From an uncultured Pseudomonadota bacterium (GTDB lineage Bacteria > BMS3Abin14): a DNA stretch of 15,512 nt. Each line of letters opens with the position of its first letter. The first letter of the stretch is position 1. A program made the translations under genes and the position numbers. The notes under the pieces were generated by a model. That model was not told where the DNA came from and did no database searches. It worked only from the letters and a program-made list of their open reading frames with translations. Of this stretch, positions 12,786-15,512 are shown one piece after another. The stretch lies in contig CAYVSA010000049.1 of the NCBI GenBank assembly GCA_964454175.1, forward strand, positions 1 through 15,512, given 5' to 3'.

Positions 12786-12918
12786 CTTCAACCCTCCTTT
12801 CTGATCGTGTTACTCCGGCTGGCCGGGTAAACCACCCCTACCAGATCAAGTTGTGTGAGACTTGAAGTGTACCGCCGCATTCCGAATAATTTCATGGACT
12901 GCCCGGGAATCACACCGT

Positions 12919-12982
12919 GTCTCGGCAGGGCGCCACATGGGCTGTTTAATCCCGCTTTCAGCGGGACCCGGCTGTCACTGAC
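12919..12982 (-). promoter_or_regulatory. L10 leader (L10-L12 autoregulatory mRNA site)
   Basis: Minus strand GTCAGTGACAGCCGG-[TCCCGC TGAAA GCGGGA]-TTAAA-...-CCCTGCCGAGAC resembles the L10-leader pattern (GACAG..GG ... TTAA ... CCTGCCGAG), and sits in the rplA-rplJ spacer where this element is expected. Confidence 0.8.
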
Positions 12983-13087
12983 CTTTTGGTGGGCTTATCA
13001 GCCAATGGAACCTTTATTTTCCAACCGGACCATTAATTCAGTCCGGGGCCTGACTTACTCAGATACCGCTAACCAAAACTGTCCTGT

Positions 13088-13789
13088 TCAGCGAAGGGCA
13101 TTTACTACCCACACCGGATCGACCTTTACCCCGGGCCCCATGGTTGAGGAAATCACTATACTTCTGAAATACCGCCCCTTGCTCGTAGCGGGCTTCAGCT
13201 TTAAAAGAGTCTCCAGGAACACTGTCAAGTTCTCTACCAGCTGCTCCTGCGAAAAACTTGCCTTTCCAATAGGAGAATGAACTATCCCGTTCTTGTCTGT
13301 TCTGAACTCGGCCTTGCCGGCTTTAATCTCCTCGATTGCCTTTCCAATATCGAAGGTCACAGTGCCCAGCTTTGGGTTGGGCATCAAGCCCCTCGGCCCA
13401 AGAATCTTGCCAAGCTTGCCTACGGTGCCCATCAGATCAGGTGTTGCCACGACACGGTCAAACTCCAGCCAGCCGCCCTGGATCTTTTCAGCAAGATCCT
13501 CAGATCCGACCAGGTCGGCGCCGGCATCGCTGGCTTCTTTTTCCTTCTCGCCTTTGGCGAAGGCCACGATGCGTTCTGTTTTACCAAGACCGTGGGGCAG
13601 TATCGTCGCCCCCCTTACCATCTGGTCGCTCTTTCTAGGGTCCACACCCAGTCTGACAGCGCAATCGACCGCTTCGTTAAAACCAGCCGTTGCACTCCCC
13701 TTGACCAGGGACACACTCGTCTCAAAATCGTAAGTTTTGTTCCTGTCTACGTTCTCTGCGGCCTGTATGTATCTCTTTGTTCGATTCAT
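13088..13789 (-). CDS. rplA: 50S ribosomal protein L1
   Basis: 233 aa with [30 protein letters not shown] and SSTMGPG. Its start overlaps the rplK stop (ATGA). Confidence 0.99.
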   Translation of the reverse strand: MNRTKRYIQAAENVDRNKTYDFETSVSLVKGSATAGFNEAVDCAVRLGVDPRKSDQMVRGATILPHGLGKTERIVAFAKGEKEKEASDAGADLVGSEDLAEKIQGGWLEFDRVVATPDLMGTVGKLGKILGPRGLMPNPKLGTVTFDIGKAIEEIKAGKAEFRTDKNGIVHSPIGKASFSQEQLVENLTVFLETLLKLKPATSKGRYFRSIVISSTMGPGVKVDPVWVVNALR

Positions 13790-14286
13790 GCCTCACCGTC
13801 TCCTGAAGCTTCCAACTGGTCTGGATCCACGTCCGGTTGCGTAAGCTCAACGATCTCATGAGCTTCGTGAACCACGATACCCATACTTCGCGCAGTACCC
13901 TCGATCATTCTGGCTGCATCTTCAACAGTATACGCGTTCAGGTCTTCCATTTTGGTCTTTGCGATCTCGGCGACCTGTTCCTTCGTTACCTTGCCCACCT
14001 TGAGCTTGTTGGGTTCTCCAGAACCCTTTTCCAGCCCTGCGGCTCTTTTCAGGAGCACTGCAGCCGGCGGTGTCTTCGTGATGAAGCTGAAGGACCGATC
14101 AGCGTAAACCGTTATAACAACAGGGATGATCAGTCCTCCCTGATCCTGGGTTTTTGAATTGAACGCCGTGCAGAACTCCATGATATTAACACCGTGCTGA
14201 CCCAGAGCGGGGCCGACGGGCGGCGATGGATTCGCCTGACCTGCCGGTATCTGAAGTTTGATCTTGCCAATCTCTTTTTTAGCCAT
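13786..14286 (-). CDS. rplK: 50S ribosomal protein L11 with acidic C-terminal extension (166 aa)
   Basis: [32 protein letters not shown] and GTARSMGI motifs. The frame continues ~25 aa beyond the usual L11 end. Confidence 0.98.
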   Translation of the reverse strand: MAKKEIGKIKLQIPAGQANPSPPVGPALGQHGVNIMEFCTAFNSKTQDQGGLIIPVVITVYADRSFSFITKTPPAAVLLKRAAGLEKGSGEPNKLKVGKVTKEQVAEIAKTKMEDLNAYTVEDAARMIEGTARSMGIVVHEAHEIVELTQPDVDPDQLEASGDGEA

Positions 14287-14353
14287 CTTGGGGTATCCTC
14301 ACTTGTATTCCACACTGCCAACAGGTTGCAGGCCGCTCACGCGGCGAGGAATG

Positions 14354-14890
14354 TCAGTTTTTCTCCACCTGGAGGAACTCTAGCTCAACTGAAGTGGATC
14401 TGCCGAATATCGTAACAAGGACCTTGAGCTTGCCCTTTTCCTCGTTAACTTCCTTCACAATACCGTTGAAATTTGTGAAGGGACCGTCTACAACTCTTAC
14501 GCTCTCTCCCGCCGAGAAGATCACTTTGGGAGTAGGACGCTCTGCTCCCTCTTCCACTTGCTGCCGGATCTTGCCCACCTCGCCTGCGGACAGGGGCGCG
14601 GGACTGGAGCCACCCACAAACCCGGTCACTTTGGGCAGGCTGTTAACCAGGTGCCATGTCTCATCGTTAAGGTCGAGCTCGACCATGATGTAGCCTGGGA
14701 AAAATTTCCGGGTGGAGATCTTCTTGCGGCCCTTTTTCAGTTCCACGACCTCTTCTGAGGGGATCATTATATCCCCCAGGGACTCTTCCCGGCCCTGTTC
14801 CCTGAATTTAAGGTAGAGAGCCTCCTTTACCTGACTCTCATATCCGGTATGGGTGTGGACCACATACCAGTTCATTGTATTTGATGACAC
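14354..14890 (-). CDS. nusG: Transcription termination/antitermination factor NusG
   Basis: NGN domain (WYVVHT, FFPGYIMV, VTGFVG) and KOW domain (GESVRVVDGPFTNFNG, IFGRSTSVELEFLQVEK). GTG start with GAGGA SD 6 nt upstream. Confidence 0.98.
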   Translation of the reverse strand: MSSNTMNWYVVHTHTGYESQVKEALYLKFREQGREESLGDIMIPSEEVVELKKGRKKISTRKFFPGYIMVELDLNDETWHLVNSLPKVTGFVGGSSPAPLSAGEVGKIRQQVEEGAERPTPKVIFSAGESVRVVDGPFTNFNGIVKEVNEEKGKLKVLVTIFGRSTSVELEFLQVEKN

Positions 14891-14905
14891 TTGATTTCCT
14901 CAGTC

Positions 14906-15091
14906 CTAACCGAAAATAGAAGTAACGAGTCGGCTAAGAAGAATGTCGATGAACCCCAGATAAAATGAGACTATGAGAACAACTACCACCACAACTCCAG
15001 TGGACGCTATCGTATCCTGTCTCGACGGCCAGTTGACTTTCTTCAACTCCACCCTGACCTCGGAGAGAAAAGACTTCACCTTTTTCCACAT
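14906..15091 (-). CDS. secE: Preprotein translocase subunit SecE (short, single-TM type)
   Basis: 61 aa with FLSEVRVELKKVNWPSR motif followed by one hydrophobic segment; between tRNA-Trp and nusG; GAGGA SD upstream. Confidence 0.97.
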   Translation of the reverse strand: MWKKVKSFLSEVRVELKKVNWPSRQDTIASTGVVVVVVLIVSFYLGFIDILLSRLVTSIFG

Positions 15092-15158
15092 ACTGCGGTT
15101 TCCTCATGGATATTAACTTATGGGACAAAGGCCTTCTCCCCTCCTGCGGAAAAGGGAA

Positions 15159-15235
15159 TGGCAGGCCAGGAGGGATTCGAACCCCCAACACCCGGTTTTG
15201 GAGACCGGTGCTCTAACCGTTAGAGCTACTGGCCT
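15159..15235 (-). tRNA. trpT: tRNA-Trp (anticodon CCA), 77 nt, CCA end encoded
   Basis: Cloverleaf: AGGCCAG/CTGGCCT acceptor stem, GCTC/GAGC D-stem, CCGGT-CTCCAAA-ACCGG anticodon arm, GGGGG-TTCGAAT-CCCTC T-arm, discriminator G, then CCA. Confidence 0.98.
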
Positions 15236-15260
15236 ATCCTCTGTCTGGATGGATATCGAT

Positions 15261-15410
15261 CTACTTTGTCTCCTTGTGGAGCGTGTGGCTCCTGCAGAAC
15301 CGGCAATATTTCTTCAACTCTATCCGTTCAGTTGTATTCTTCCTGTTTTTGGTGGATGAGTAGTTGCGCCTTTTACACTCTGTACACTCGAAAGTAATTA
15401 TCACTCGCAT
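15261..15410 (-). CDS. rpmG: 50S ribosomal protein L33 (49 aa, Zn-binding C+ type); absent from the ORF track
   Basis: Manual translation gives [49 protein letters not shown], with two CxxC pairs. Canonical position between tuf and tRNA-Trp/secE. Confidence 0.97.
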   Translation of the reverse strand: MRVIITFECTECKRRNYSSTKNRKNTTERIELKKYCRFCRSHTLHKETK

Positions 15411-15441
15411 TGATGCTGTCCTCTGGGCTGGCTTGGACTTC

Positions 15442-15512
15442 CTACTTTATGATCTCTGCAACGACCCCGGCTCCCACTGTTCTGCCGCCCTCGCGGATGG
15501 CAAAACGAAGCT
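15442..15512 (-). CDS. tuf: Elongation factor Tu, 3' end only (truncated by window edge); copy upstream of rpmG-secE
   Basis: Reverse complement reads [22 protein letters not shown], the EF-Tu C-terminal signature; TAG stop at 15442-15444. Confidence 0.97.
   Translation of the reverse strand, partial: LRFAIREGGRTVGAGVVAEIIK

Noticed and set aside
12855..13280. 141-aa plus-strand ORF across the rplA-rplJ spacer
   Set aside because: It overlaps rplA antisense and the L10 leader, has no recognisable protein features, and the spacer is explained by regulatory RNA.
14934..15359. ORFs 14934-15191 (-) and 15120-15359 (+)
   Set aside because: They overlap tRNA-Trp, secE and rpmG and are spurious translations of those features.

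Overview
This window is the conserved bacterial transcription/translation core cluster, entirely on the minus strand. In transcription order: tuf (3' end), rpmG, tRNA-Trp(CCA), secE, nusG, rplK, rplA, L10 leader, rplJ, rplL, rpoB, rpoC, sigma70 promoter with a long structured leader, rpsL, rpsG, fusA, second tuf (5' end). All complete genes are intact, and I see no mobile elements, CRISPR arrays, inteins or introns. Gene order and the RpoB/RpoC sequences (N-termini, large trigger-loop insertion) suggest a deltaproteobacteria-like lineage; this is inference, not a database result. I found no clearly new multi-gene system. The best novelty candidates are (1) a ~200-nt structured rpsL 5' leader closed by a perfect 9-bp helix, with a possible pseudoknot or switch and an embedded 17-codon uORF, and (2) an L11 with a ~25-aa acidic C-terminal tail that runs into the rplA start codon.
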